64,000 nt of DNA, taken from NCBI RefSeq assembly GCF_009914755.1, contig NC_060928.1. One strand, written 5' to 3'. The stretch is from the human T2T-CHM13v2.0 reference genome, Homo sapiens. Made by a program: the position numbers and the translations under genes. Below the pieces are notes generated by a model that was not told where the DNA came from, did no database searches, and was given only the letters and a program-made list of their open reading frames with translations. This document shows positions 25,620-39,535 of the stretch, one piece after another (position 1 is the stretch's first letter; each line of letters starts with the position of its first letter).

Positions 25620-26410
25620 CTACAGAGCCACCAGGGTCATCATCCTAAAAAATAAATTCTGTTATTCACCTACATAAAAGACACCACATCCGTGTGGTTT
25701 CTTACTATTTTGTTCTATCTTACCTCTTCAGTCTCACCATGCATGTACCTCACAATTCAGCAGGGCTTGTCCTGATTCTTTACTTTTGGATGTGTGTGGT
25801 CCACTCTACTTGGCACATACTTTTCAGTTTCTCCACCTGCAAAGCTGATACTTTGAGACTCACTTTCTATGCCATTTACTTTGTGAAGCTTTTTCTATTT
25901 TTCCTGGACAAGATTAGTTCCTCCAATTTCAGTGTTTCCATAGCAATGATGATGAAGCAGCACAGGAGGAGGTTAGTGAAGAGGATGGTGGTAACACAGT
26001 CCTCTTTATGCACCAGGAATTGTCTTAAGTAGTTTGAATTTCAATTTATGTAATCCTTGTAATAACCCCCGAAGGCAATTCTAGCATTTCCATTTTATAA
26101 CACAGCAGACAAGCACTGAAATGTTAGGTAATTCACTCAATATCAAACAGTTATTTATTACTGAAGCCAGAATTTGAACTCAGGTGGTCTAGCTTCTGAG
26201 TCAGTGCTCTTTATTGCCATACTTCACTGTATTTACAGCTCACATTTTTAAGGTGGCATTTATAAGCTGTAATAAAGTCGTCTGTTTTCTTGTTTACCCC
26301 GGTAGACCGTGAGTTTCTGCAGGGCAGTGACCATGTTAGTTGTGTTTATACTCTTGCATATAACCCAAAGTCAGGCATATAGACATTCAATAAATAACTT
26401 TCAATAACTA
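25620..26410 (+). mobile_element. L2 fragments with an antisense MIR (~25990-26230) between them
   Basis: L2 end GTGAGTTTCTGCAGGGCAGTGACCATG...GGCATATAGACATTCAATAAATA. MIR GAAGCCAGAATTTGAACTCAGGTGGTCT. Confidence 0.6.
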
Positions 26411-27831
26411 AGTAAGGGTTTGAATTTAAATCCTGAAACTTTAAGTCCAGTTTTTTATTTTCTCTCTATCACATTAGTCACATTCATTTTATGTGGCTTT
26501 TCGTCTTACTATTATAAATGAGTTCTGGAAATGCATCGGCTCTATTAGTTGAAATAGTAGTGGAGACATTTATTGAAGAAGACTACTATTTCATTTCAAT
26601 TATTTCCTTTAATGTTACAATAATTATGATTCAAAAAGGAATGCTAATTTCATGAGATCTTGTTGTGCATGTTAAAATGTAGTCTAATCTCATAGCATCT
26701 TCTTCAAGGTCTCACATTTCTTTTCTGGAATGTTCCCCACTCTTCTATCCCAAATTATGTTTTCTATTATAAATGATCTGTAATTTTTTGGTTCAAAGTT
26801 TTTACTAACTACATTGGTTGAAAGGCTCTTCTTTTTCATTAATATTCCCTTTCTATCACTGAGGGCTTACTGATCCTTCTCTTTCCTTAGTGACACATTT
26901 CTATGGAAGTACAAACTATCTTGATACCAATGCCACTCACGACCACTATAACTGTGATCATAATCATGATCATCATCCTTGTCCTCATTCAAATGTCAGG
27001 TGGGGTTGGTAACCTTGCCCATGTTATCTCAGATGATTAGGTTCAGACCTGAATCCAAAGTAAATTTAACACCTATCCTAAGATTTTCATGCTCTAAGTC
27101 ATTTCACGTTCTCCTGTAGTTTTGAGGTCCTACTTTCTCTGAATTATTTCAGTTTAGAGAGTATCTTGTTTCTGGACTTCATTATCTTTTGGCTATAATG
27201 CATGGACCGAAACACAGAATTCAGCCATTTTCCACAATTTCTGCTGTGAAAACCTGCTCACATCAGGATTCCATATGTGAAGCAGGCTTTCTAACATACA
27301 GGTGTGAAGGACTTGTATTCAAGTCAAAGTGAGAAGTACAAATTTAGTTGAGGCTTCTGATGTTCATCATGCTGTTTGGCCATACTTCTTTCATTATTTT
27401 TCTCCCCTCCTCTGCTTGACCCTCCCCATAGGTGACATTTTTTGTTCAAGTCTGACTTAGCTAACAAAATTCTAACGACCTTTTTTTGTTGTCTTGGTTT
27501 CTCCAAACATATGCCTGCCTCACCCTCCTCCAACAGGCAGCCTCTCAGGGTATGTTTTTCTGACCACATATGTCTTTGCTTCTACCTAACAGACATTTAT
27601 GTGCCATTATGCTTTTTGTTTTGGTTTCCATAATAACTGTTTTCTCCTATAGATGATATTTTATAGATCTTTAAAGTACTTTGACTTTTTTTTGATATTT
27701 TTCTCATAATAGACCTGTCAGATAGGAGAGGACCAGATACATTAAACTTGTTAACTAAATAACATAGTTGAAGCATGTAGTCCCATGTTTGAAACATGAA
27801 GTTTATATTAGATAAGGCTTAAATTCTATTC

Positions 27832-27858
27832 TGTGTGTGTGTGTGTGTGTGTGCGTGT
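27832..27858. repeat. (TG)n microsatellite followed by an antisense MIR3-like fragment to ~28030
   Basis: TG run read directly, then AAAGTTGAAAGAGAACTCAGGGACCAT...TTTACAGATG. Confidence 0.7.
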
Positions 27859-28990
27859 ATGAGTCTTAAAGTTGAAAGAGAACTCAGGGACCATTTAATA
27901 TTAGAAAGATAAGATATTACAATTTCTGCTTTACAGATGCTTTACATGATGTCCAGAGAGTTTCAGTGATTTGCTAAAAGTGAGGAGAAATGGTGACATG
28001 TAGTCACAGAATCCACTCTCTTCTACTTCTTGGACAGTGTTCTTCCTCATTTCTCTAGGAAGTGTATGCTTTAGTGAAAATTTTTGAAAAGTGGGGAATA
28101 AGACAGTAGGGGAGCAGCTGGGCATGCATGTGGTTCTCAGATATAGGTCACTGGGGGAGAGGATGCATTGCAAAAGGTTTAGAAATAATACCAAGGAAAT
28201 GAATTGTTCACTTAAGTGTAGATTCAGCATAGGGAGAGTCTGTGAGAATGAAGATTTGTAGAGATGTATTATTAATGTTTTTATTCAACTTGCTACTCCT
28301 TGCATCATTGCTAGCATCTTTGGATGGTTAAAGTTTCATCAGAGAGAAAATTATGCTCTCATATTAAGATATTAGACCTTATAAAGACACACAGCTACTT
28401 GTTTCACCAAGAGGTATAATCACCTCCAACAACATATATTTATACATTGATTTTTAAAAAATTTCTGTAAAGGACTAGGTCAACAAGTTTAGTTTATCAA
28501 AGGGAATTTCATTTCCTCATTGACTTTAAACAATGAAGCCCTTGAAACATTCAGTCAATACACATCTCAGGGAAGAACAAAGGCAGCATCTGAAAGGAGG
28601 ATTAGTAAATTACCTGCCTTCAAAACTCAAATAAACTGCACAAAAGCAGTTCTGTAGTTTGGCTGGTAATTCAACAAAGAAAGTCAAATGAAGCCTATAG
28701 ATCCTGGTTATGCAGAAATATTCAGCAAGCTGAAGGCTGTGATGAAAAGATGTTCAAATAAAGATCATTCCAATGAATATAATTAATAGAGGGCTGATAT
28801 ACATAATGAAAAATTTTAAAAAAACATTGTTTCTGAGTGGTTGACACACAATTGCAACATCACACAATTTGGGATTATAGAAAAATAATTGAATTCAATC
28901 TTTTATGGGATTGTACCAAAGTCAGGGTGGGGGGACCTTAAAATTAACTGAGCACCTACTATGCTATTAATGTATTGAGATATGTTATTA

Positions 28991-29298
28991 TTTTTGTTTG
29001 TTTGGTTGGTTGGTTTTTGAGATGGAGTCTTGCTCTGTCGCCAGGCTGGAGTACAGTGGCACCATCTTGGCTCACTGCAACCTCCGCCTCTGGGTTCAAG
29101 CGATTCTCCTGCCTCAGCCTCCTGGGTAGCTGGGACTACAGGCGTGCAGTGCCATGCCTGGCTAATTTTTGTATTTTTAGTAGAGACGGGATTTTGCCAC
29201 GTTGGCCAGGATGGTCTCAAACTCCTGACCTCAGGTCATCCGCCCGCGTTGGTCTCCCAAAGTGCTGAGAGTACAGGCATGAGCCACTGCACATGGCC
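28991..29298 (-). mobile_element. AluS
   Basis: Full antisense dimer. TSD TTATTATTTTT on both flanks. Confidence 0.93.
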
Positions 29299-30392
29299 AT
29301 TATTATTTTTGATCCTTAGCTAACCTGAGAACAACAACAATAAGGAAATTTTGACTCATTGGCTAATGAGAAAGCTTCCTACAGGTCCACACTCTGCTTT
29401 TCTACATTTCTCTCCATTTTGTGCTGTATTAGCACAGTTAACAATTAGAAAACCCATAATTGAAAAAGTAGTGACAGTAGCAGGAATAGTAAGGAGAAGA
29501 GAAGAAAGCCAGTTATTTTCTTTCTCCTTTTCTTTCCCCTCTAGCATGATGGAGACTGTTAGAACAGTGATCTTCAGGGGATACAGCTTAAACAGAAATA
29601 ACTATCTAAAGGGTAGAGCCAAACATCAGTTTATAAGACAAACACCTTTATGAGAATCATGCAAGGTTTTTTTTTTTGAGGTAAGGACTATTGAAAAAAA
29701 AAAAAGATTATGGGGAGAGTATGGAAATGTATTTGAAGCATAAAGTTAATTTTGGTATGGAAAGTGAATAGTGGGTAACTGTGTCCAGTTGACCTTTCTC
29801 TGGCTCAGTCACTGTGTTTTTCAGAAGGCAATAATAAAATCTTTCTTTACCACCTCTCTTAGGATAAGCAGGTTCTTGGATACTTGATGATACGTAAGTC
29901 ACATTTCCCTTTTTGTATTATCATCATCTCTAGGAATAGAAAGTGATGAATTGCAGGGGTGGTCATGATCTTATTAAATATATTAAGATATTATTAGGTT
30001 ATAAGCAATAGAATTGGGACAATTTATAATATGGCTTTGAAAGATTATACTTTAAGAATAATAAAAAAAGACATAGAGGTGCAAATTGAGCAAAGAAAGT
30101 AGTCAGCAGAAGGTTAGAAGGAAAAGCAAGATCAAAGACTAGGAACAGGTAGAGGATATTGATGTGTTGTAGAGTAGGTAAGCGGACCTGATACAGATTG
30201 GATCCCTTGAAAGGAAGGGATAAAATGAGAGTGGGGTTGGAGTAGAGAGGGTACCAATCTAGGTTCACAATGAGAGCATTGTTTCGGAATGGCAGGTAGA
30301 CTGGCTGAATAAAAAAAGAGTCAATCCAATTACAATGAACAGGTAAAGGTGTAGTCCAGAACCCAGAGTCATGTTCCAAACCCAGATGGTAG

Positions 30393-30801
<409 letters not shown>

Positions 30802-30984
30802 TAAAAGACAAGAATCTATTAGTATTTGCTTTAACTTGGACTTATCCACTGTAGTTTCCTTCTTAATAAAATAACTTGCACCTCAGAGAAACTAATCCTA
30901 CTCAACACTTCCTTCTCTGAATTGCTCTCAAAGGTGTAACGCAGACAGGAAACTCTTTTTATCTCCAAGAATCACTTTCACAAA

Positions 30985-31420
30985 CTGAAATGTCTCTTGA
31001 ATTGAACATTTCCAGCCAAAGCTTTGATTCTCATCGTCTGTTACCTGTCTTGTATTTCAATGACCACTAAATGGGTATCCCTGCTATGACGGCTCACTCC
31101 CACCTATTATCCATGTGGTCACCAAAGTATCTTCCTAAAACGTGTACTTGATAATGTCATTTTCCTGTTTAGAAACCATCACTGGTTTCTTTTCTTCTGA
31201 GTTGCTCCTTATTTGACCTTAATATTTTTCCAAACACTCTTCCTACCTTCCAGGATGCGCACCTGACCCTCCAGCCCTGATGAAGGCTTCACCAGTGCCC
31301 CAAAATGTTGTGTTCCACTATGACTGTGTCTTTGCACATGTGTGTATTTTCTGTCCCATTGACTCCTAAACTCTTAAGCATATTTCAAACTTTACGTCTC
31401 CAAAGAAGCCACTTCTATAT
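30985..31420 (+). mobile_element. L2 fragment
   Basis: GTCACCAAAGTATCTTCCTAAAAC...TGATAATGTCATTTTCCTGTTTAGAAACCATCACTGG. Confidence 0.65.
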
Positions 31421-31721
31421 ATGGTAACATTTCCCCCTTGGTACACCCAGGTGATTTAAGACTAATATAAACTCTTGACACCTCTTTCTTTTGGAGACCC
31501 CACCTCATATTATATCAAACATATAAAAATGCATCTAAATCCCCCAATAAATGTATTTTCCTGTTGAGATTTTTGTGGAAATTTTTGTAATGGACTTTGA
31601 AATTCTTTGGCTGCATATAACTTAAAGTTGTTATGATTTCTCAGCAGTCATTGTGCATATTCAATAATTTTTGTAAACTAAGAGAATCTATCCTTCAAAT
31701 TGTTTTCAAGTGTAATGAAAT

Positions 31722-32001
31722 GTTTATGAGTGTTGAATTTGACAGTGAATGAAATTGACATAATATGTTTATAGACATCTAATTGAACCTTTGTAAATTT
31801 TGACTTAGCAGTTTTAATTTAATATTTTACAGCAGCAATTAGATTTCTTTTTGTCATGACTCAGGTATTTTCTTGGGCTTTCAAAAGGTTCGTTGGCCTC
31901 AGCCACTGTGTTTGTAATAATGAGAGAGCTTCCTGTCTCCCATATTGCTAGGTATTGTATAACATTATCTGCCTGTTCAACTAGATTGAGTTTCTCAACA
32001 T
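31722..32001 (+). repeat. Local duplication, copy 1 (copy 2 at 36559-36837)
   Basis: Co-linear direct match, for example GACAGTGAATGAAATTGACATA, TTGAACCTTTGTAAATTTTGACTTAG and TTGGCCTCAGCCACTGTGTTT. About 31 differences in 280 bp by hand count. Confidence 0.95.
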
Positions 32002-33559
32002 CTTACCCAGTACCATTACCTGACACATAGAAGTGGTTGTATATATCTACATATATATGTAAATGAATATAGATGCCTTAGACATGGATATAGACATATA
32101 GACATAGATATAGACAGAGACATATATATCTTGTTTGAAAAAAATTCACTGAAGCTAGGCTGTTTAGTCTATTTGTGTCTACTGGAACTCAGAAGTTCCC
32201 GATTGTGAGTTCCAGATCTAGAGCCTAAAATGTTCATTTTTCATTTATGCAAGAAGTCTTCATTTGCTGCTTGTGCTGTATAGATAATTTGCACAATGTC
32301 AATTAAAACTTTTTTTGATCAGTGATTTGGCACTTTGTATCAGGCAGTGAATTCTATGGATTGGAATGAATTGTCTTTTCACATATTATTCACTCAAAGA
32401 TTTTACGAGAAGGCATACATTGGTGTGTTATGCTTGGCGAATGATATATTCTTTCCATCTTATCGTCTTCATACTTTGAAAACATTTCCAAGAAATACTT
32501 TTCTAGGTACCATGTGAAACTGACACATGACATAAGCATTATCAAATTTATTTGCCTTATTGCAAAGCGATTCTGTGTCACCACAGTGTAAGCCTTTCAG
32601 CAACTAGTGAAGTATCAAAGCTTTTACCATTAAGTGGTTAGTTTACTAACCATTAGATTTTACCATTAGGTGGCTACTTTATATGGAGTTATATAAAAAT
32701 TTGTCAAATATTCCCTGCTATTAATGAAATCTTAATGACAGAGCTCATACTTTGACATAATTTTTGGCAATGAAAAGTAATTGCAGGTTGTTTGGATAGA
32801 TACTAATTGAGGTACTACTTTTTTCTCTATGATTTAAGTATAATGTTTACAGTTTTTATGTGGTTCACTTATATATATTTGTCTACTAACATGCAGTGGG
32901 CTTTGCAAACTTAAATTCATTTCAATTGAACCATGCTAAAAATATTTCTGAGGTTGTATACTAACCCTCTGAAAGGATCAGGTGAGAATTTGAGGGGAGT
33001 AGAGAATTCATCTTGGTATATAGAATAGGTTGTGGGCAGTTGTATGATAACTTCTGCTAATAATATTGAGAATTGAACATCTAAATATTTATAATCAGTA
33101 CTAATATGATGTTCAGACTTGCCTAGAGTATATTACTTAAGAGTTAGCAAGCAGGGTCCCTTATTTTCCAGCACCTCAAGTTAGTCCATTATGGACAGGC
33201 TTTGGCATGTTACTGACTGTTTTTATTACATTTATCAGAACACTCATATCTATTAAGTGTAAAAAGCAAAGGTTAAATAACATTAAGATTATGACACAAA
33301 TCAACAAAAGAAATTTGAGATGCAAGCCAGTGGCTTCTCTCCCTCTCTCTGTCTTTTTTTTTTTTTTTTTTCTCTTTGCTAGCATAGGCAGAAAGTGAAT
33401 GAATGAGAAGGTAGCTAGAATTAAGGTAGAATTTCTACTTTCACTTGGTATTTCTGCTATGCATTATTGTTCTTTTCAAGGTGGAAATTAGATGTGTAAA
33501 TTCCATCCTTCTGTATTAAAAATATTTGAGAGTCGAGGCTTTGGACAATTTCCTATAGA

Positions 33560-33690
33560 CATTTGACTATACATGTGTAGACCCCTCAAGATCTATGAGC
33601 ACAGGAGATGGGTCTGACTTAGGCACCACTGTATCCCCAGCACCTAGTACACAGTAGACACTCAATAAGTATTGGTGGATTTGTAAATAA
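33560..33690 (+). mobile_element. L2 3' end
   Basis: CACCACTGTATCCCCAGCACCTAGTACACAGTAGACACTCAATAAGTATTG. Confidence 0.8.
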
Positions 33691-33749
33691 GTCTATAAAC
33701 ATATTCTTAGCCACAACTTAACTACTAAAACATATATTTGGGCATGAAA

Positions 33750-34890
33750 TGTACAGCATTAAGCATTAGATGTGGGAAATGCAGTGGCATACCTTATTCA
33801 GAGAATAATTATTTTTGCCCTTCTCTGGTTTACAATCTAGTGAGATAAGTAGTCAAAAATTAAACAAATAATCACACGTTAGGTAATTACAAATTATGAG
33901 CAGTGTGCTGCAGGAAATACATCAAAACCTTGAGAGATCATTCCAAGGGGTTTTTATTTTTATTGAGGAATCAAAAAAGAGGTCCCTGAGAAGGTGTCAT
34001 TTAAGCTCAATTGTCCTTTGACAACTAGGAATTCACTCATTGAATGGTAGAGATAAGAACATTCCCAACATAGGGAAAAGCATGTGTAAATGTTCTGTGG
34101 CTGGAAAGAACATGGCATCTTCAAGGAATTGAAGGAAGGCAACGTATTCTGTGTAGACCAGAGATGGGGAGGGTGGCATGAATTGAAGAGGGAGGGGAGG
34201 GAAAATGCTTGGAATTTGAGTGTCATGCTAAAGCTTTGGGATTGGATTCTAAGATTTATGAGTAAATATTGAATGAATTTATGCACATACGTAGGAGTTA
34301 TGTCACCTATTTTGGATTTAATAGGGAGCCTTGTAGCAGCTTTGTGAAGATGGAGTGGAGGGAGACTAGAGAGGAAATAAGATATCATTGAGGAAGCAAT
34401 CACAGTACTCTAGGAAAGAGATGATGGTGGCTTGGACCAAGAGAGTGATCTTAGAGGTAGAGAGAAGTTGGCAGACTTGAGTCACAATTTGAAGATAGAA
34501 CCAATACAACTTTCTGTTATTGGTAGAGAAATATTGGAGGAGAGGAAGGTATCAAGGACAACTGCTGGATTTATATGAACATCTGAGTGAAAATAAATGT
34601 TTTATTTAATAAGAGGTAAGAGGAATATATCTTGAGGAGACATCTAAAGTTTGAGATTATTGTGAGATTTTTTTTTTCTCAAGTGTATACATCATGCAGG
34701 AAATGGAGGTTAGAAAAAAGTCTAGATTGGAGATAAAAATTTGGGAAAAGCCAACATTGGAAACATGCGATTGGTATAATTCCTTAGGGAAAGACTGTGG
34801 CGTAAAAAGATAAGGAATCACAGAATTGTGTACTGACATAACTCAGGTTAACAGAGAAACAGGAAACTGGTTAAAAAAAAACAATTGCCA
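33750..34890 (-). mobile_element. L2 (L2a-like) long fragment
   Basis: CCCTGAGAAGGTGTCATTTAAGCT...AGAGATGATGGTGGCTTGGACCAAG...GAGGAAGGTATCAAGGACAACT. Confidence 0.8.
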
Positions 34891-36013
34891 AAAATGTTTA
34901 TGCCTTCATGGAATGGATGGAACTTAGGGACCCCAATTCAATGACTCTTAACCTGGGGCTCATGGTATCCTAGAGGATGTCCTCAAATAGGATTCAGGGA
35001 GTCTTCGCCATGTGACAGTCATATGAAAAGTTCTGTAGATTTGTACTTGGATCATTTCCTAATACTAATATTAACCCATGAAAACTCTCTAGGTGTCTGT
35101 TGCCTCGAGTTCCTTGACTTCTTCTATTTTTCCAAATCTTACTTAAATTTTTTCATCCTTCAGAATAGAGGAAGCTCTCAATTTATGTATTCCTGTCTAG
35201 AGAGATAATTTGCAAAACACGCTTCTGAATAAACAAATATATTCTTATGCAAGTGATGGACCGGTAATTTATTAGGAAAACCACCCAGGCTCCAGGGCTT
35301 CTGCTTTTTGGAAAATTAGTGAACTATACTACTCATGCAATTTTATAAACACCGTTTTTAAAAACTCCCAGAACTGTTTTTCCCTTACAGATTGAAGCAT
35401 ATCAAATGCTTAGAATATATGCTTTATATGCTGTGGAGAGACATATAAAGCTTTATGTGTCTCTATAAGCATATCACATTCTAAGTATGTGATATGTTTC
35501 TAACTACGTGACTTACATATACTTAGAATGTGATGGTGTGTGTGTGTGTGTGTGTTTATAAAAGGGATGGAGATATATGTATTTCCCCACCTATTTTTTT
35601 TGCAGAAACTTCTAAGTGCTGCTGTATTTCACCAAGCTCCAGTTGATATCCAAATTGGACAACTCCTGTGTGCCAGGACAATGTGCTAGGCTTGCTTTAA
35701 AATGATACATACAAATAAGATAAAGCAAAGAGACTTGGCTTTAACATTCAGTAAAACAATAATGTGTTTCTTAATAATAAACATTTGCACGTAAATGCGT
35801 CCCATTTTAAGAAAAAGATACTTTACCTATGCTGTTTGTAAGTTATGTTTCCTTATAAATTCTATTTTCTTAGCAACTCTCTCTAGTTTCAGAGATGTCT
35901 TTCTACTTCCCCTTTGTTTCTCGTGGTGAATAGCAATAAATCAGCTTCATGCTTATTGCCATGATGATAAATCTGCATGAGTATAAAAGGAATTGAGGAC
36001 ATGTACGTTATAG

Positions 36014-36346
<333 letters not shown>

Positions 36347-36364
36347 TGATATGTACTTTATATG

Positions 36365-36500
36365 AACATATTCATTCATTTAAAAATTATTATTGAATAC
36401 CTACTAGTTGCTTATCATTTTATAAAGTATAGGACATAGAGCCTGCCGTCAGTGAACTTCTAATCATGTGGGAAATGCAGACAATAAACAAATGATGCAA
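36365..36500 (-). mobile_element. L2 3' fragment
   Basis: ATTCATTCATTTAAAAATTATTATTGAATACCTACTA...GCAGACAATAAACAAAT. Confidence 0.65.
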
Positions 36501-36558
36501 AATTTATATTTAACTTATAAATATAAAAAAAGTATGTTTTAGTGTATATAATGTGTCA

Positions 36559-36837
36559 GTTTTTGAGTGTTAAATTTGACAGTGAATGAAATTGACATAG
36601 CATACTTATAGACATCTGATTGAACCTTTGTAAATTTTGACTTAGGAGTTTTGATTAAATATTTTACAGCAGCAATTAGATTTTTTTAAAATCACAACTC
36701 AGATATTTTCTTGGACTTTCAAAAAGTTCATTGGCCTCAGCCACTGTGTTTATAATAATGAGAGAGCTTCCTGTCTCATGTTGCTGGGTATCGTATGACA
36801 TTATCTGCCTGTTCAATTTGACTGAGTTTCTCAACAT
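36559..36837 (+). repeat. Local duplication, copy 2 (copy 1 at 31722-32001)
   Basis: See copy 1. Offset is 4837 bp. Confidence 0.95.
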
Positions 36838-36877
36838 TTTATATTATTATTATATTTATATATTGTATTTATATACC

Positions 36878-37045
36878 AAGAGCACCAGACCCGTGAGAGA
36901 GGCCATCCTAGATCAGCCAGGTCCAGCCCAGCTGTGCCAGACCAGGAGATCCATCCAACCAACCCATAGAATTATGAGAAATAGTAAATATTTTTCTTTT
37001 AAAGACCCTAAGTTTTGGTATAATTTGTTACATACTAAACTTTAC
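36878..37045 (+). mobile_element. MLT1 LTR 3' fragment
   Basis: GCACCAGACCCGTGAGAGAGGCCATCCTAGA...CCCATAGAATTATGAGAAATAGTAAAT...CTAAGTTTTGGTATAATTTGTTAC. Confidence 0.7.
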
Positions 37046-37362
37046 AGCAGACTTTATTTCAGATATTGGATTTCTGTCCCTCTTAGCTTGCCTTAGCTTC
37101 CTAGATAGATGTCATATTTCATACCAAAGAACAGACAAATTACATCACTTGTGTATTATGTATTTATGATGATGACAAAAGGGAAAAAGAGTAAAATGTT
37201 TCCCTCACTTCATTCCTATATTTGCTCAAATGTTACTCTCTCCAATAACCCAACCTAAAAAATAATATACTTAGCCCACCATCACTGCCTCTTACCCTGT
37301 CATTTTCTTTTATGGTATATATCACTACCTACTATGATTATGATGTAAATTTCCATCATAAC

Positions 37363-37410
37363 ATACACACACACACACACCCACACACACACACACACAC
37401 AAACACAAAC
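37363..37410. repeat. (CA)n microsatellite
   Basis: Interrupted CA run read directly. Confidence 0.9.
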
Positions 37411-37494
37411 TTATATACATACCATATGGTATGTGGTGCTTAATTTTTTGTGTCAACTTGGCTGTGCTATGGTGCTCAGTTGTCATTGTATTAA

Positions 37495-39535
37495 GCCATG
37501 ACAACTTTGGAGCTCTTTCTTACTGCACCAAAGCTGATGAATAAATTAGTACTGGTAGTAAAGTGCTGCTATGTCAACATCAACAGTAACAACTTAAATT
37601 ATATGACACTGACTTTAGGGTTGAGCAGCAGAAGGCCAGGAGATTGTTATTGGAGGCTAGAAAAAAATGGTAGCTTGTACTGTGAAGAGGCAAAACATTT
37701 AGTATAACTGTCATTTGTTATAACTTGGTAGGCAAGTCGTCTGCCCAATGACTCTGTGACTTTTAGAAAATATGCTTAAAGATACAATACACAAGTTTCC
37801 TTTGGTTGTAATTAACTGGATTTGACAAGATATTACCAGAAAGAGATGAGTTCAGAAAATGATTGTCTGTTTGTAACAGCAGTGAAAGGAAAAAGTGGAT
37901 TTTAGGAACTAAAGGATGCACCTGTCTCTCACTTTCAACCAGTAAAAGGTAAAGTTGAAAAATGATTTGAACAACAAAGGCAAATTAAAAGCCCTCCCTG
38001 GAGCAAAGATTGAATCAAGAGTATGGCTGTTATGCTTCTGTTAAAACCTCTGAATCAGTTAAGAGGTAAGTGAGTAAGCCCTTTCAAGGCACAAAATGAC
38101 TCAGGAAGAAAGAAACTAAGGGCATCATCCCATGGAGACTTGATTAGCTCTCTAGAGAGAGGAAGGCCTGGAATAGAATTAGAAGTATGGTTATTGACAT
38201 ATGAAGATGGCTGGAGTCAAACAAAGAAACAAAACCAACAGGAGCAAAGCTTTTCAGAGAGTTGCACTGTCAAAAGCACTGGCAGCTTGAATGCAGTCTT
38301 TGAACAGATTGTTGCTGTTCAAAATGTAAAATGACCTTTCAGTGCATGCTTCTCTACAGGGTGGAGTGAGGGTTGAGGGTGGATTCTTATTCAGCTATGC
38401 CCAGGGAGGATAATGCAACAAGAAGGACCTCCCAGACTTCAGAATTGCTTTGGACCAGTGTAATGTGTGGCTCTTTTTCCCCCTTCCAAAAGGGAGTAAA
38501 TTTGTTTATGGTCTTTTTGGCAAATATGCATCAGGTGTATGGTGAACAATCTGTTTTTTGTTTTTAGTTCAATTAAGTGGACTGTATTAGTTTGTTCTCA
38601 CACTGCTATGAAGAAATACCCCAGACAGTAATTTATAAAGAAAAGAGGTTTAATTGACTCACAGTCCTGCATGGCTGGGGAGGACTCAGGAAACTTACAA
38701 TCATGGGGGAAGGGGAAGCAAACGTCCTTTTTTACAAGACGGCAGGAGAGAGAAGTGCAGAGCAAAGAAGGAAAAGCCCCTTATAAAACCATCAGATCTC
38801 GTGAGAACTCACCATCATGAAAACAGCATGGGGGTGGGGGGGTGGGTAACCTCCCCCATGATTCAGTTACCTCCCACTGTGTCCCTCTCACGACACATGG
38901 GGATTATGGGAACTACAATTCAAGATAAGATTTGGGTGGGGACACAGCAAACAATATCATGGAGCCACAGCTATTCATGTTATAAATCAAGAGATCCAAG
39001 AATTCATCCCAATGCCAATTGGTTACTTTTAGAGTGTATTCCATGGATGGAGGTTGAGTGAATTTTGCTTTCATTAAGGATGTAGGTATTTGTGACTGTG
39101 TCAGTAGACTGCAACAGATTGTATTATTGCTCCCAGTGATGTGCTTCTCCCCTCCCTGCAAAGTGATTATACATCCTCAGCATTGCTGTTTCTGTGGGAA
39201 AGTGTACATCCTGCCCCACTGCTGTTGGGATTGATCATGGGATGTATTTTGGCCAATCAGTATATGCAAGCTTAGTTTAGGCCACATCCTATCAGAAGTT
39301 TTAGAGATATCATAAGTTTCCTCTAATTCTCTTTCTTACTCTTTTCCCTTTGCCATAAGAAACGTATGTCTCAACAGGGCCTGATTATTCACCTGGGCAA
39401 CAGAATCCAAGAACATAGGCCACAGAGGCACAGTAGCTGACCCACAGCCTCTAACGTGTAAAGTGAGTGAGAAGTAAATATTATTATAAGCTACTGAAAT
39501 TTGGTGTGGTATGTTACTCTCTAAAGCTGACACTG
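37495..39535 (+). mobile_element. MLT1 internal region with 3' MLT1I-like LTR (~39097-39535), interrupted by THE1D
   Basis: AAGTGCTGCTATG...GATTGTTATTGGAGGCTAGAAAAAAATGG...GGCAAAACATTTAGTATAACTGTC is MaLR-internal-like. The LTR has TTTGGCCAATCAG...TAAGCTACTGAAATTTGG. Confidence 0.65.
38583..38959 (-). mobile_element. THE1D solo LTR
   Basis: TGTATTAGTTTGTTCTCACACTGCTATGAAG...GGGGACACAGCAAACAATATCA. TSD TGGAC/TGGAG. Confidence 0.9.

Noticed and set aside
33960-34403. 147-aa ORF
   Set aside because: Lies within a decayed L2 fragment and has no recognisable conserved motif.
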